Shown here one piece after another: positions 1 to 13,500 of a DNA stretch of 64,000 nucleotides; the stretch's first letter is position 1, and the number at the start of each line of letters is the position of its first letter. This DNA is from Ostrea edulis (taxonomy: Eukaryota), in contig NC_079168.1 in the NCBI RefSeq assembly GCF_947568905.1, forward strand, positions 82,584,001-82,648,000, in the 5' to 3' direction. The notes below the pieces were generated by a model. That model worked only from the letters and a program-made list of their open reading frames with translations. It was not told where the DNA came from and did not search any database. Position numbers and translations under genes: made by a program.

Positions 1-12
1 AACAAATCATAC

Positions 13-2130
13 CTGGGAGTGTCCTATTACTTGAAGCTTGTGAAGTATGTGGTGGCTGAACATTGTGATGGTCAGTTACCGGTATGACATTGTCCATTGC
101 AGACGTACACATTGACCATGTCGTGGACAACGCTGTCATTCCCAAAGGAGATGATGGCCTGCTTGTGGTAAAATGTGCTGATGGATTTGGTTCAAATCCA
201 GGTAGTCGGGTGGGGGGCGTGTCGTACTTTGAACCATATTTATGACATGGCAGAGGTTTGGTGGTGTTTTTTTGCAAAGGTGTGTAATGTAGGTGTTGTG
301 TATCATAAGGCGAGATAAAAGTGTGGCCTATTTGTGTCGACCTCTGTGTGTCTGGATGTACGGGTGTTTAAGGTGAGATGTGTCTGGATGTACAGGTGTT
401 AGGTGAGATGTGTCTGGATGTACGGGTGTTAGGTGAGATGTGTCTGGATGTACGGGTGTTAGGTGAGATGTGTCTGGATGTACGGGTGTTAGGTGAGGTG
501 TGTTTGTACTGCCTTGGTACTGTGTGTTTGGGTGCGCGGGTGTTGATGTTAAGTTAGGTGTGTCTGTCCTGCCATGGTACTGTGTGTTTGGGTGCGTGGG
601 TGTTGATGTTAAGGTAGGTGTGTCTGTCCTGCCATGGTACTGTGTGTTTGGGTGCGTGGGTGTTGATGTTAAGGTAGGTGTGTCTGTCCTGCCATGGTAC
701 TGTGTGTTTGGGTGCGTGGGTGTTGATGTTAAGGTAGGTGTGTCTGTCCTGCCATGGTACTGTGTGTTTGGGTGCGTGGGTGTTGATGTTAAGGTAGGTG
801 TGTCTGTCCTGCCATGGTACTGTGTGTTTGGGTGCGCGGGTGTTGATGTTAAGTTAGGTGTGTCTGTCCTGCCATGGTACTGTGTGTTTGGATGCGCGGG
901 TGTTGATGTTAAGGTAGGTGTGTCTGTCCTAGCATGAGAGTGTTCATCATCACTACCACTTTCCTCAAACTGAGCTGCTAAGATAATTTTATTTATCTCA
1001 GTTTCAGTGGTGGTCTTTTTTGATGTCACCTTCTCCTTACTGATCTTTCTCTTTTTGGGACTGGTGCACTCATCTTGTCTTTTGCTTTCTTTTACTTTCT
1101 CCGTTTCTTTCCTCTTTCTCTTCCCTCCCATCGTTTTCTCCTCGTTGACCTCAAAGCGAAATAAACACTCTGGGGTTTCTTTGTCCCCGAGGTCTTTTTT
1201 TGCTTTTTTAATAAGTTTTACATACGCCTGGTTAGCGAATTCCCCCAGGGAATCTTCCTTATCTGAAATATAGTACGAACCCTTGTCTGTGATGTATCAC
1301 AAAAAAAATGTATGAATTGTTAATATTTACAAAAAATATACTTGAGGGGGGGGGGGGGGGGGGGGGGGGGGGTGCAGATCCCATTTGGATTCGCCTATTT
1401 TGTTAATTTTTCAAAATTGTTTGGTGCCGATATTGTTGTAATGTTGTACAGGTTGACAATGTGCATTTCCTGTTGGATATTTTATCACAAAACATAATTG
1501 ACTACTGTTGATGATAACAGTTATATTATTGAAGCTCTCCTAAATTATTTGTCTGAAGAACAAATTATATATATGGTAGTTAATTTGTTTACTTCACTGT
1601 TGTAAATGTTTTCATATGTGTATTTTTAAAAATGTTTATTCTAATCGCAATTTACAATCAAGAGATTATAATAAATGTCTCGAAGAATATCTGTACCAGA
1701 AACGTTTGCTTTACGAAATGTGAGTCAATATACAGAGAATTGGATGTAGTCACGTGACCAAGTTTTGAATGTTCCTAGAAAAGGCTAAATAAACCTTACT
1801 AAAAAGGTATTCTACAACATAAATTGTAAGTAAACATGAACAGAAAGAAATCTAATATATATGTATATCTATTGATATATATATATGTGTGTGTGTGTTT
1901 GTTATGTTTACCCATACAGTGGTCACAAAGTTTTAAACAAAGAATATCACATTACCTCCGACTTTCACTATTGTCCCATGGTACAAGACTTTGGGCGCGT
2001 TTCCTTTCATTTTCCACAGCATTTCCACCTTTTCTCTTGGCAAAAAGTTTCCAAGAAGCTTTAAATCGCGATCATTCCTTCCTACGACACTTAGGCTACT
2101 ATCTTCTTTGAAATATATGCAAGCAAACAT
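13..2130 (-). CDS. Accessory gene of element 1 (spliced, runs off the window), homologous to the BEN-like-domain gene of element 2
   Basis: Exon 2130-1956 (MFACIYFKEDSSLSVVG...) matches exon 10583-10739 (MFGCVFFHEDKSLSVVG...), with the same phase-1 intron. Exon 1286-13 is Lys/Thr/Pro-rich. A 2-nt excess in the last 30-bp repeat (~370) shifts the frame; corrected, it is open to a GT donor at 12. Confidence 0.7.
347..498. repeat. 30-bp coding tandem repeat, ~5 copies (HLTPVHPDTS)
   Basis: Unit TACGGGTGTTAGGTGAGATGTGTCTGGATG repeated; one copy is 32 bp. Confidence 0.95.
499..930. repeat. 60-bp coding tandem repeat, ~7 copies (GRTDTPTLTSTPTHPNTQYH)
   Basis: Near-identical 60-nt units on successive sequence lines 541-900. 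Confidence 0.95.
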
Positions 2131-2405
2131 TTTTTAAAACTTGGTTTACAATTTGCAACGTTTCTCGTATATCGCGCGCTCTGGTGATGGCAACTTGACC
2201 GATCAACTGATAAGAGTAGCTGCGAAGGCTGGACGCTGTGAGGGACAACACGGGGATTTTGAAGTAATTCCATACTGGAAGTTATTTCTCACTTAATTGT
2301 ATATTAAAGAACCAATGAATGCAACGCATATATACCATACTATCTGCAACAAACCCCTGTTTTACCCTAAATTAAGCATCATTACATACGTATATTCAAA
2401 GCAAG

Positions 2406-5355
2406 ATGGGCAAGCGAAGAGGACCTTACAAAAAACGAAAAACAGAATTAAATTGCGAGGATTATGAATTTAAAGGGGAAACTATTGATGCATGTTTGCA
2501 TTTGCAACTTCAAGGAGATGTTGCAGACCAAGGAGATATTCAAGGAGATGTGCAGAATCAACAAAGAATTGAAAATGATGGCATTGAAGCCTGTGAATTA
2601 GAACAGGAATGTGCTAATATATCAAGGAATGAGGCTCACCCACAGGTGGATAATCATAATTTTAGTTAGGCAACTGGAGATAATAATGATTTAATAACCA
2701 TAATCGTAATTATGTGTGTTATGACAATATGGTATATGTATGTAATTATAGTAGACATGCTCAAAAATGTAATTGTCATCTTTATAATATTCAATTTTTG
2801 TATGGGTGGTTTAATGAAGTGCAGCATACAATATTTCTTTAACATTTTAGGCAACTGGAGATAATAATGATTTTCCAAGCAAGGAGAATGTGGATGAAGA
2901 ATACGATTTCAAGTATGAGGAGGTACTAAATGTTCTCGCGAAAACAACTGATGATAATGAAGACCAAGTGATTGAAGAAACATTAGATGAAATGAGATGT
3001 GATGATGACCTGCAGTTACATGACAGTATGGAGTATCAATGTTTTCAAGATGATGATTTGGACGTTGAATTGAATGAGGATAATTTTCAAAATGCCTTTG
3101 AAGCTGTTGGAAGTGAAGATGAGGATATGCAGCCCCTCTATCCAGGATCGAGAGTAACTACGGGAGCGTTTATGTTACTCTTATCCCTGTTTACAATGAA
3201 ACACAGTATAGTCGGGGACGGTATTATGCAACTCCTTAATTTAATTTCCTTGGCATTGCCGCAGGGACATAACTTGTGTACCAGCCTGCATTCATATCGG
3301 GCTTTTTTTCGCAAATTGCGTAACCCTATAGTATATCACCATTACTGTCCATTTTGCTTAGGATTTATTGAAAACAAAAACATAAATAAATGTCCGTACA
3401 GTGGATGTGAAAAGTGCCTAATTTTAACTTCCAATACACCGTATTTTTTAGAAATGCCGATTGAAGAACAAATTAAGAACTTTTTTTCTCAGAGAGGTTT
3501 CTACCGTAATTTACAAGGCCGATTTAATCGTAATAGCGATACGTACAAAGACATTTATGATGGAACATTATACAAATCTTATATGGAAAATAATGGAATA
3601 TTGAATTCGCCAAATAATATATCATTTACTTTCAACACTGACGGAGCTCCCGTTTTCAAGAGCTCTAAAGTTGCGATATGGCCTCTGTTTTTAGTTATCA
3701 ATGAGCTACCTTATCACCTTCGAATGATGAAAGAAAACATGATTTTAGCCGGTTTGTGGTTCGGAAATCACAAACCATCGATGGGAACCTTTTTGCATCC
3801 ATTTTTAAATGCTTTTAGGAGACTTAGAAAGGGTATTGAGTGTAACGTACCCTGCATTGGATCTGTGACAAGTAAATCTGTACTATTATGTGGAACAGCT
3901 GATCTGCCAGCTAGATCTTTACTATGCAATTCTGTTCAGTTTAATGGTTCCTTTTCGTGTTGGAAATGCCTGCAGCCAGGAGAAACTGCAGCTAGAGGAA
4001 AGGGCCATTGTCATGTCTTCCCCTACATTCATGAAAATCCTAAAGGACCCGAAAGAACAAAAGAAAGCGTCATTCGCGACGCAAGAGAAGCTATGGAAAA
4101 TTTGGAAAACGGACGGTCTAGATATGCAGTTAATGGAATTAAAGGACCTTCATGGCTTGCATTTTTCCCCGAATTCAATATATCGAAGGGAATAGCCATA
4201 GATTATATGCATGGTGTTCTTTTGGGAGTACAAAAACTACTTTTGCGATTGTGGTTTGCACCTGAATTTAAACAACATAATTTTAGTGTATACAACCATA
4301 TAGAAGAAGCTGACGTACGTTTGAAAAATCTCCATCCTACCTTGGAAATAACAAGAATGCCTAGGACAATTCAAAATGACTTGAAATATTGGAAAGCATC
4401 CGAATTCAGATCTTTCCTCCTCTATTTTGGTCTTCCAGTACTTCACGGAATTTTGGATAAACAAAGATTTCGACATTTTTCCCTACTGTCCAATGCTATT
4501 CACTTGTTTTTATATTGCGGATCGACCGATGCCATGATAAATCAAGGTGAAGAAATGATGTTTGAATTTTGCTCAAAGTTTGAGATATTATATGATGTAT
4601 CTTTTATGACATTGAATTTGCACCAACTTGTTCATCTGGCAGACAGTGTGAGGTGTTTAGGGCCTTTGTATACACACTCGTGTTTTTCATTCGAGGACAA
4701 AAATGGATTCATATTAAAATTGATCAGGGGGACTCAAAGTATTGACAATCAAATTACTACAGGTGTCTCTTTTGTGCAAAAAATTCCAGAATTAAAACAG
4801 AAATGCTTGTCATCAGAACAAAAAGACGTAGACCGATTATGCAAGTCAATTGAATCACCGCATACTTTGAAGAGAGGAATATTAATTTCAGATGATACAT
4901 TTGTATTAGGAGCACTCAAAGACAAAGTGTTATCCAATGAGGAATTCGACTGTCTGTGGGAGTATTTAGGCTATTGCCCTGTTCAAAACCATGTGAAATA
5001 CTTCATTCGCCTTGATGTGAAAGGGAATACTGTGTATGGACTAGATTATGGACGCATGATTAAACGGGACAATTCGACAATAATATCTAGCCAAGACGGG
5101 GAATTATACTTCGGAAAAGTGCGTTTTTTTGTAATATTAGACTTAGACCGGATAGGAGATACTACGCTCGCTTTGACCGAGCGTCTACAGTCTCCACGAT
5201 TTTCGCCAGAAATTAATATCTTGTCTGTTAAAGTAACAAACGAGATAAAGTTTGTCAACATCAAAAACATTCAAGAAGGTTGCATGTATTTATCTGTCGC
5301 TGGCACAAATAGACAATACGTGTGCAGATTTCCAAATAAACTAGAATCAGATTGA
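2406..5355 (+). CDS. EnSpm/CACTA (Tnp2/Transposase_21-like) transposase, two exons (2406-2645, 2851-5355)
   Basis: Motifs FNTDGAPVFKSS, WPLFLVINELP, DLPAR, CWKC, IDYMHGVLLG, WKASEFR, LNLHQLVH, FSFEDKNG; GT-AG phase-0 intron in frame; no stops. Confidence 0.9.
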
Positions 5356-5559
5356 TTATGCATACTAATTGAAAGTACATATTATGTACATGTTATTAAC
5401 ATGTGGACATCCATGGAACTATGGTAAATAAATGGGAATTTTGAAAGACAATTCAAATTGTATGATATGTTTTAATGTATAAAATGTCTAAGTCCCACAT
5501 TTCTGATTCACGATAATTTCGAAGTTCCAAATTCCGGCTCACGAAAATTCTAAGTTATA

Positions 5560-5813
5560 AATTCCGTGTCGCATGAAGATTTCCGTCTGTAAAAATAATC
5601 TAAGTGTTGATTTTACGTGTGAAGATAGATAACGATGCAGTTTACTGTCGGTTTCCGGGCGGAATTTCTTATTTTTCTGGCCGTAAAATTGGGGTAGTTA
5701 CGGGCAGAATTTTATTCCTCCCCAATTACAACCAGAAAATAGGCATTCCTTCTACTTTACTGTCTATTCCCGGGCGAATTACGGGCGGATTACGTCTCAA
5801 AGTTTCGTACGGG
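5560..5813. repeat. Subterminal repeat array and terminal inverted repeat of element 1
   Basis: Clustered ACGGG/CCGT/GGGCG motifs ending in AAAGTTTCGTACGGG. Confidence 0.75.
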
Positions 5814-6004
5814 TAAATTTACCTTTTCATATAACCTACAGTAACAATGTAAAATACTAATACTAATAGGTGTGGAATAAATCAGTAGAGATCATACTTA
5901 ATACAAAATATAGCCTTCTGATGAGGTCAATCCCTAGAAATATATAGACCTTATAGAGAAAGCATATCGACAAAGCACAAAGTGCAAGTTCGATCTATAT
6001 ATAT

Positions 6005-6270
6005 CCCGTACGAAATTATTAGACGGATCCCGTCTGAATTTCAGGCGGAAAGTACATGGAATCCATCTAAGTCCTCCTAACCTTAGGTGGATATTAGACG
6101 GACATAAAATTCCGTCTAAGAAAAGGCGGAATACGCTTCAGCCTTGAGGCGGATTCCGCCTCTTCCTTTAAGCGTATTTCATGATTAAGCAGGAAAAAAA
6201 AAATTAGAAAATTTCAGTCTGGTCACTTAGATGGAATTTGGACTTAGATCTTTCGGTAAGGCGAAATTTT
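6005..6270. repeat. Left TIR and subterminal GGCGGA/GACGGA array of element 2
   Basis: Many AGGCGGA, AGACGGA, CCGTCT and CCGCCT motifs in both orientations. Confidence 0.85.
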
Positions 6271-6741
6271 GAACTTAGTCAATTTTTGTTGATTCTCAAA
6301 TCTTCACAAATTTAAAAAACTGACCTTTGCTGATATTAACAAAGCATACCCTGGTATTCAATGAACATGCTTATTAAACCTCAAGTTATATGACCAAAGT
6401 TGTTAAGTACCACGTAAATTGTAAAAAATAAAAACAAGATTTATCTGATTATTTCTTGGAATTTTTTTTATTATTTTTGGAATGTTGTTTTCCACTAACA
6501 TTATCAGAATGCTATAAGGCCAAGGGGCATCAGTCTATGTACATTTATTCAACAGAAGAAGAAAGAATCACTGCTTGCAATCATTTTAGGAATATGCAAG
6601 AATAAGTTTATAATGTCTAATGCATCATTAACACACAGAATAAAACCATCAGTGAGAAAAATAATGCTATAACAAGCATATAATTTAAACATCATCTTAT
6701 GTAATGCATGCACTCTGATCTACACATAGTTCTGGACCATT

Positions 6742-9700
6742 TTAGTCAGACTCTAACCTGTTTGGAAACTTACACATGAATGAGGTCTGCCCTCCAGGAA
6801 AAGAAACAAGCAAACAGCTTGACAATATATCATTTATATTTACAACTTCAACATCATTTGTTTTAATAACTGATAACATATTTGAATTTTCATTGTAATT
6901 TCTGCATAGCAACTTCTTTATGAATACAAGAGGTTTTGTTATACCTGCAGTGTTGTCTTCCAACAAAATAAAAAAGATAACTTCTCCAAAGCTAATCCCA
7001 CTCATTCCATTGTAACAAATTGCTGAATTGTTCCTTTTGATCATTCTGGAATATTCAGTGCCATAAATTATATATGATTCATATTCTACTCTGTTAAAAC
7101 TTCTAAATGTATCACACACATGATCATATTTCAAGAAATTTTGGAGTGCAGCAGTCTCAACATTGGTCAATACTCTACTGTACGGGGCACCTAGAATGTA
7201 TATCCCACTCCCTAGTTTCTGACCCCTCTTAAGCAAAGATGGCTCTTCAATAGTTTTGCATAATTCATCAACTTCCGAATTTTCTAAGACACATTTCTGT
7301 TTTAATTCAGGTAGCTTTTGGATAAATGATATAGCAGTTATTATCTGAGTATCAATACTCTGACTTCCTCGGATCATTTTCAAAACAATCCCATTTTTAC
7401 TTTCAAAAGAAAAGCAGCTGTGGGTATAGAGAGGGCCAAGATCCCTTACACAATCTGGTAAATGAAGCAGTTGATGGACATTTAGTCTTAAAAAACATCT
7501 GTCATATAACTCTTCTAAACACCTACAAAACTCAAACAAAAGCATTTCAGCTCTATCTAAATCTTTTTCATTTGACCCAAATTTCAGAAGTATGTGCATA
7601 GAGTCCACCAACAAAAGAAAGTGAAAAAATCGCTGCATGTCTAAAATTCCATGCAGAACTGGAGCACCAAAAAATAATAAAAAAGATCTATATTCTGATG
7701 CTTTCCAATATTTCAAGTCTTTTTCTATAGATCGTGGTAATCTAGAAATATCAAGAGTAGGTCTAATACTCTGAAGCCTGGTATCTACTTCACAAACACT
7801 GTCATAAATATTATATGCTTTCCCTTTGTGCTTCTCACTAAACCATAATTCTAACAACATCTTTTGCACCCCTAATAGGACACCATGCATGTAGTCAATG
7901 GCAATGCCAGATACAATGTTAAAATGGGGCACGAAGAAAAGCCATGATGGTCCCTTTATACCTTTTACTGGCTTTCCCATTACAACCTGTTGGTCTTGTA
8001 CTGCTGTCCTTGCATTTTCCAACACATTTTCCTTTGTTCGTACTGGTCCTTTGGGTTCTTCACTTTGAAACGGAAAAATCCTTGCATGGCCTCGCCCAAC
8101 AGATGCTGTCTCTCCTTCTTGCTCACATTTCCAACAGGAGAATGCTCCATTGTATTGTACGTGGTTACAAAGTAAACTTCTGGCTGGGAGATCAGCTGTT
8201 CCACATAATAAGAGACCTCTACACAGAAATTGGCCTCTTTCAGGTGATATACATTTGATTCCTTCATTCATCTTCTGTAGCGATTTTAAAAATGGTTTTA
8301 AAAATGTCCCCATTGATGGTTTTTTGTTTCCATACCACAGGCTTGCCAATATCATGTTCTCTTTCTGCATCCGCTGCTTATATGGTAATTCGTTAATAAC
8401 AAGATAAATCGGCCAAATAGATGTCTTGCTGCTTTTAAAAACAGGAGCTCCATCAGTATTGAAAGTAAATGATATGTTTTCTTGAAAACTTAAAATTCCG
8501 TGATTTTCACTTAATTGTTTGTACAGCTTCCCATCATAAATATCTTCATAGGTGTTATCACTGGATTTCCTTTTGAATCTATGTCCTAAACTCTCATAAA
8601 ATCCTTTCTGAGCGAATAAATTTTTTATTTGATGTTCTAATGGCATTTCAATGAAATAAGAGGCATTTCTAACACTAAATTGAGCTTTACAAAATTCATA
8701 AGGACAGCTTTGCACTGTGGTGTTATCTATATATCCAACACAGTGATTACAGTAGTAGTGGCGAACAAGTGGATTCCTCAGATTCTTGAAAAATAACTTA
8801 AATTCATATAATGACGTACAAAGTTTATGACCATGTGGAAGGGCTAAGGCCAGAATCTTTAGAAGTTGTTCTGTTGCCTCTCCAATCAGATTATACTTCG
8901 TAGTAAATATGGCAAGCAACAGCATAAATGCACCTAATGTCACTGCAGCACCAGGATAGAGTGGATCTGAATCGACATCATTATCTTCTGCATCCCGATC
9001 TGTCGAGTGCTCTACCTCAGTTGGAATGTAAAGATCTGCTAATGAATCAAACTGTAAATCAAAATCTTCCTCAGCCAAAGTTTGTTCATCTTCCGTCAAA
9101 TCTTTAAAGGATTCCGGCTCCGAATTGCAGTTGGTAATTAGTTCTTGTTCGTACGTTTGCACAAAGTTAAATTGGACTTTGTTTGTTTCCACAGAAGCTT
9201 CCTCCAGTGTTTGTGATGAAACCGAATCTTGATCTTGGTCAACCAAAGTCTGAAATTAAAAATAACTCGGTGAAAAAAAAAAAACTCACGAAATTTGGTT
9301 CTGAAACCTGTGAAGCGACGTTCCGTTCCTTAATTCCGAGAAAATTCGAATTGGGGCTATATGCTAGGTTTCTGAATTAACTATACGCGTAAAAAATAAT
9401 TTAATCATTATAACACGATCATTTCACAAATTACCTAAAGTATATCCAGGAAAAAAAACAAAACATTTGCAGTTGTAATGGCATACGCATGGCATTGTTG
9501 ATATTTATTCCATTGCATGTACAGATTTAAAAAAACCGGATGTTTCGATCAATTTCATTCATTAACCAATTCGCTCGGGGACGCATTCGGAATATTACAC
9601 AGACCCACAATTTTCAACAAACTAGATGAATTAATACATCAAGTATTTAAGCTTTAATTTACGTTTTGAGATATTTTCATTAAGATTTTATTGATTAAAA

Positions 9701-10069
9701 AATATTTTTAAATTGCATACAGAATTCTTTAAAAAAAAAGGGGGGGGGGGAATGAAAACGGGGGGGGGGGGGGGGGGGGGGTATTATTCATACCTCCTCG
9801 ATTTGGCTTTCATCCCGAGACTTGGGAACAGGCTGCTCACCACAGACAGAGGATTTTTCAGGCAAAGGAAAATCAATTTGGTTCATGTCCGAAAATTCGG
9901 TAGTATCGGTATCCAATTTCATTACCGTCTCGCTCATCAGCTCAGAATCCGATAAATCTTCATTCCCTTGAAAAGGCTCAAAACTGCAGCTTTGCTCTTG
10001 TAAAACGAACTTCTTGTATGGGCCTCGTTTCCCTTTTGCTTTGCGCTTTCCAGTTTTTTCAACGTCCAT
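6742..10069 (-). CDS. EnSpm/CACTA transposase, two exons (10069-9794, 9249-6742)
   Basis: Same motif series as element 1 (FNTDGAPVFKSS, DLPAR, IDYMH, WKASEYR, FSFESKNG); N-terminal KRGPYKK and C-terminal FPNRLESD also shared; in-frame GT-AG intron. Confidence 0.9.
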
Positions 10070-10582
10070 TTTTCAGTTGTCTTCAACTGTTCTCTATCAG
10101 TACTATTTTCAATATACATGTAACTGAGTAACTCAATACCAGGCAAAGATTCTGAGTTGGCCGATTAAGGCAACCAAGGGGTGTTATTGTGCTTACGATT
10201 TTTTTACGGGATACCCTTTTTAAAAATACTATCATGCTTTATATATTTTTTAAAAAGTGTGTGTGAGTATGTCATATGTATTGAAATTACAAATTGTTGA
10301 TATAATTCCGTATTTACGTTTATTATCATGATTAATTGTGATACTTGTGACATAATCAGAACGTTCAAGTTTGCTTGCGCTGCATTTATAACCCCTGGGG
10401 TGCCCTTAGCCTGGTTCTCTGAAATCTGATCATGATGCCATGTGATGCTGACCACTGCTGACCACCAACTGTTTACGCGCTTGATAAATCTTTGTTCACA
10501 AAAAGCCACGGTAGACATTTTGATAACACGAAAGTTCGCTACACTCTTGATCACTTTGCCTTTATTAAACTTAATTCTAAAG

Positions 10583-13500
10583 ATGTTCGGATGTGTTTTC
10601 TTCCACGAGGATAAAAGTTTGAGCGTTGTTGGAGAGAAGTCTAAACGGCTGGAGCTCTTGGGATCTTTTCAGGAGAGAGAAAAAGTTAACATGAAGTGGG
10701 GAAAAGACATTTTCTCGGGAGTTATTGTCCATGTGCATGGTAAGACTATCTACTTCTAATTAAAATGTTTTATCTTCTTTATTGCTAACATTCCAATATG
10801 ATTACTTGTATTAACATGATTAAACTCTTTAAAAAATTCTGGGAGATGGTCGGAATATGCCAGTAATTAAAAAATGAATATTTTTCTGACAATTTTAAGC
10901 ATAATGTTACACGTAATCGTTTGTATGTACAGAATCAGTATGATATTGATATTCAACTTCAGTAAACCTATTTTTACGCTCATGAACAAATTTAGTTAAT
11001 TTTGATTTTAAAAAATGTTGTTCGGAACATTCTCCATTGTTGGCTATGAAAACGCCAGTCATTCCGATAGCAGAAAGCGCGCATTGCCGATTACAGTCCT
11101 TGGTGGAACTCTTTTGTGTAGGAAACTTGATAAGCCTTGTGTACATTACCGTTGTTGTCATCATGCATACACTTGGATATATATATTAATTAGTATGGAT
11201 ATTTACGTTCATCAAGCCGTTGTGATTTTCTTCGGCACACAAATGTAGGCAAATTATTTTATAATTTTTACTATTTTAAGTTTTAAGTGACTTTAAAGGA
11301 AAAGGAAATCTTAAGCACTTTGCTTAGTTAGTTTAATAAACCTTTACGTTTTTAATACCGGGTAACACGAGTTATATCTTTTATAGAGAATCAAGATCTA
11401 CTTGATGCAGAGACTGTAAAGGCAGAGAAGAAAGTTCTGAGAGGGAAGAACTTGAGCTCTGAAGACAGTGTCGAACTACTTATCGCGCATTTCAAAAAAG
11501 CTGAGAATGAAAACCAGTCTGAGAAAAGAGACAGGAAACGGGAAAGGAATCAAACGGAAAGGGCCAAAGAAAGCCAAGAACAAGACAAAGAAATGAGCCC
11601 TAAAAAGAAGAGAAAAAATGTGGAAAATGAAGACAAAGATAATCAAATCGAAGGGAAAGATGAGGGAAGGAAAAACAACAATGAAGAAAAGAAAAACAAT
11701 GCAAATGATGAAGCAAAGAAAAACAAAAACAAGCCTGATAAAAAGAACAAAGTAGAAGAAAAGAGTAAGAAGAAAACCATGGAAGTTGCAACACCAAAAA
11801 TTAAAGAGAAACAGGAAAAGAAGGCTGAGAGTAGTGTACAGCTGCTAACTTCAAAAGAGATGCTTTCATCATCATCTTTGTGTGAACAGTTTGGGTTAGC
11901 AGCTGCAACACAAAATATTGACAATAGCAAGGATGACTTAACTCTGACATCAACCTGGGCCCTCTGCAACCCAGAGCTGGAAAGGTCATCTGTGATGTCA
12001 GCAACAGGTAATTATACAGAGAAATGTTGTACACACCCACATTGACATAGAACGAAATAGTTTTTGATATATTTCCTTGTTGAATAGTTCCATCTTTTTG
12101 TGCCATTCTATGTTTTTAATATATTTCCTTGTCGAATAGTTCCATCTTATGATGCCATCCAACCACCAAATGATGTAATTGAGGTATTTAGATTACTACT
12201 GAAACCACAAATACAACGCTACATGAGAAGTGTGATCACCCAGTTCCATGAGACCACATCCCAGGTAAAGCACTGTATTTTTAATCAATTTACAAAGCCA
12301 TTTTAATTAAAACTCTATCTTCTTGTGGTTTTGGAATTAATTCATAATTTTTCCCTTAGATTGACAATACAATGACTGATACATGCATACCCACATATAC
12401 AACAATGTCACCTGCCACATGGACACAAGACTCCAATTATACGCAACCAGCTCCCTGGACTCCACAAATTACAGAGCCATCGCTTCATCAGCAGATGCCA
12501 ACACTGCAGATTTCCCCTCCACATTCAACACATTACATGCCACCTCGACAGATGCCACCTCAGATGCCACCACAGATCTCACCTCAGATTACACTGAAAC
12601 AGATTCAACCGCAAATCACACTGGAACAGATGCCACCACAAATTTCACTGGAACAAAGTCCAATGCAACACATGCTTCCAAATCATGCAATTCCATCCCA
12701 ACATGTGACACCACAAAAGATGAATACCGCACCACAACAGATGCCATCAAACCATGTAGACAGCCCAATTACACCAAGGAGGTCACCTAGGAAGCATGTA
12801 TCTACTCCAGAGCTTTCTGATGGACAGGTAAGCGATGGTTACTATACCAGCAACTTTTAATTCTTAATAATATTTATCTTTATTTTAATAACTATATATA
12901 TATAACATATATAAGAAATATTGAAATGAAACTTGCATATGCAGAAGAAATACATAGTCATCTAATGTACTGTTTTGAAGAACTCTTTTTTCCTTGTTCA
13001 TCGATATTTATTGCAGAGATAAATCTCCTAAATTAATTTTCTGTATTACTTCTAGATGACGAGGCTCCTGTCAAACCATCCCTTGACAGTTAGGAGGGAT
13101 GCACTGAGGAAAGCAAAAAGTGCAGCAAAAAAGGTTCATTCCTCAAAGATGGCCTTCACTTTGACTGCAAAACTCCTTCCTGCAGTTTTTTCATGTGAGG
13201 AGTTGGCCCTCAGTAGAGGACAAGGTCTAAAATCAAAAGATGGAGACAAAAGACCTGTTCTTGATGTCACAAAGATGACAGTTTTAAAAGGTATTAAAAT
13301 AAGTGCTGGTGTCACTGTGTCATGGTAACAGCAATTCTACTAAAGTGAAAGCAGAAAGATTTCGGAAGAAATATCTTAATACCAGATAAATTAATAGTTG
13401 ATTGAGTTACACAAATATTTCAGAGCAAAGTGATACTAAATAATGATATATGATATAAATTCTTCTTTTTCAGAATACGTAGCAGTGTGGTGCGAGAAGA

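Larger units (their letters stand above)
1..5813 (+). mobile_element. EnSpm/CACTA-type DNA transposon, element 1 (left end lies outside the window)
   Basis: Tnp2-type transposase plus divergent accessory gene; subterminal repeats; terminus TTTCGTACGGG ending at 5813 has the same terminal 11 bp as element 2. Confidence 0.85.

Noticed and set aside
345-930. CRISPR-like array
   Set aside because: Contiguous tandem units with no unique spacers, in eukaryotic coding sequence.
500-937. 145-aa plus-strand ORF of repeated VLPWYCVFGC
   Set aside because: Antisense shadow of the 60-bp coding repeat.
1345-1372. Long poly-G tracts (also 9739-9781) as regulatory G-quadruplexes
   Set aside because: They are intronic and not at equivalent positions in the two elements, and similar G/C runs are scattered through the window.
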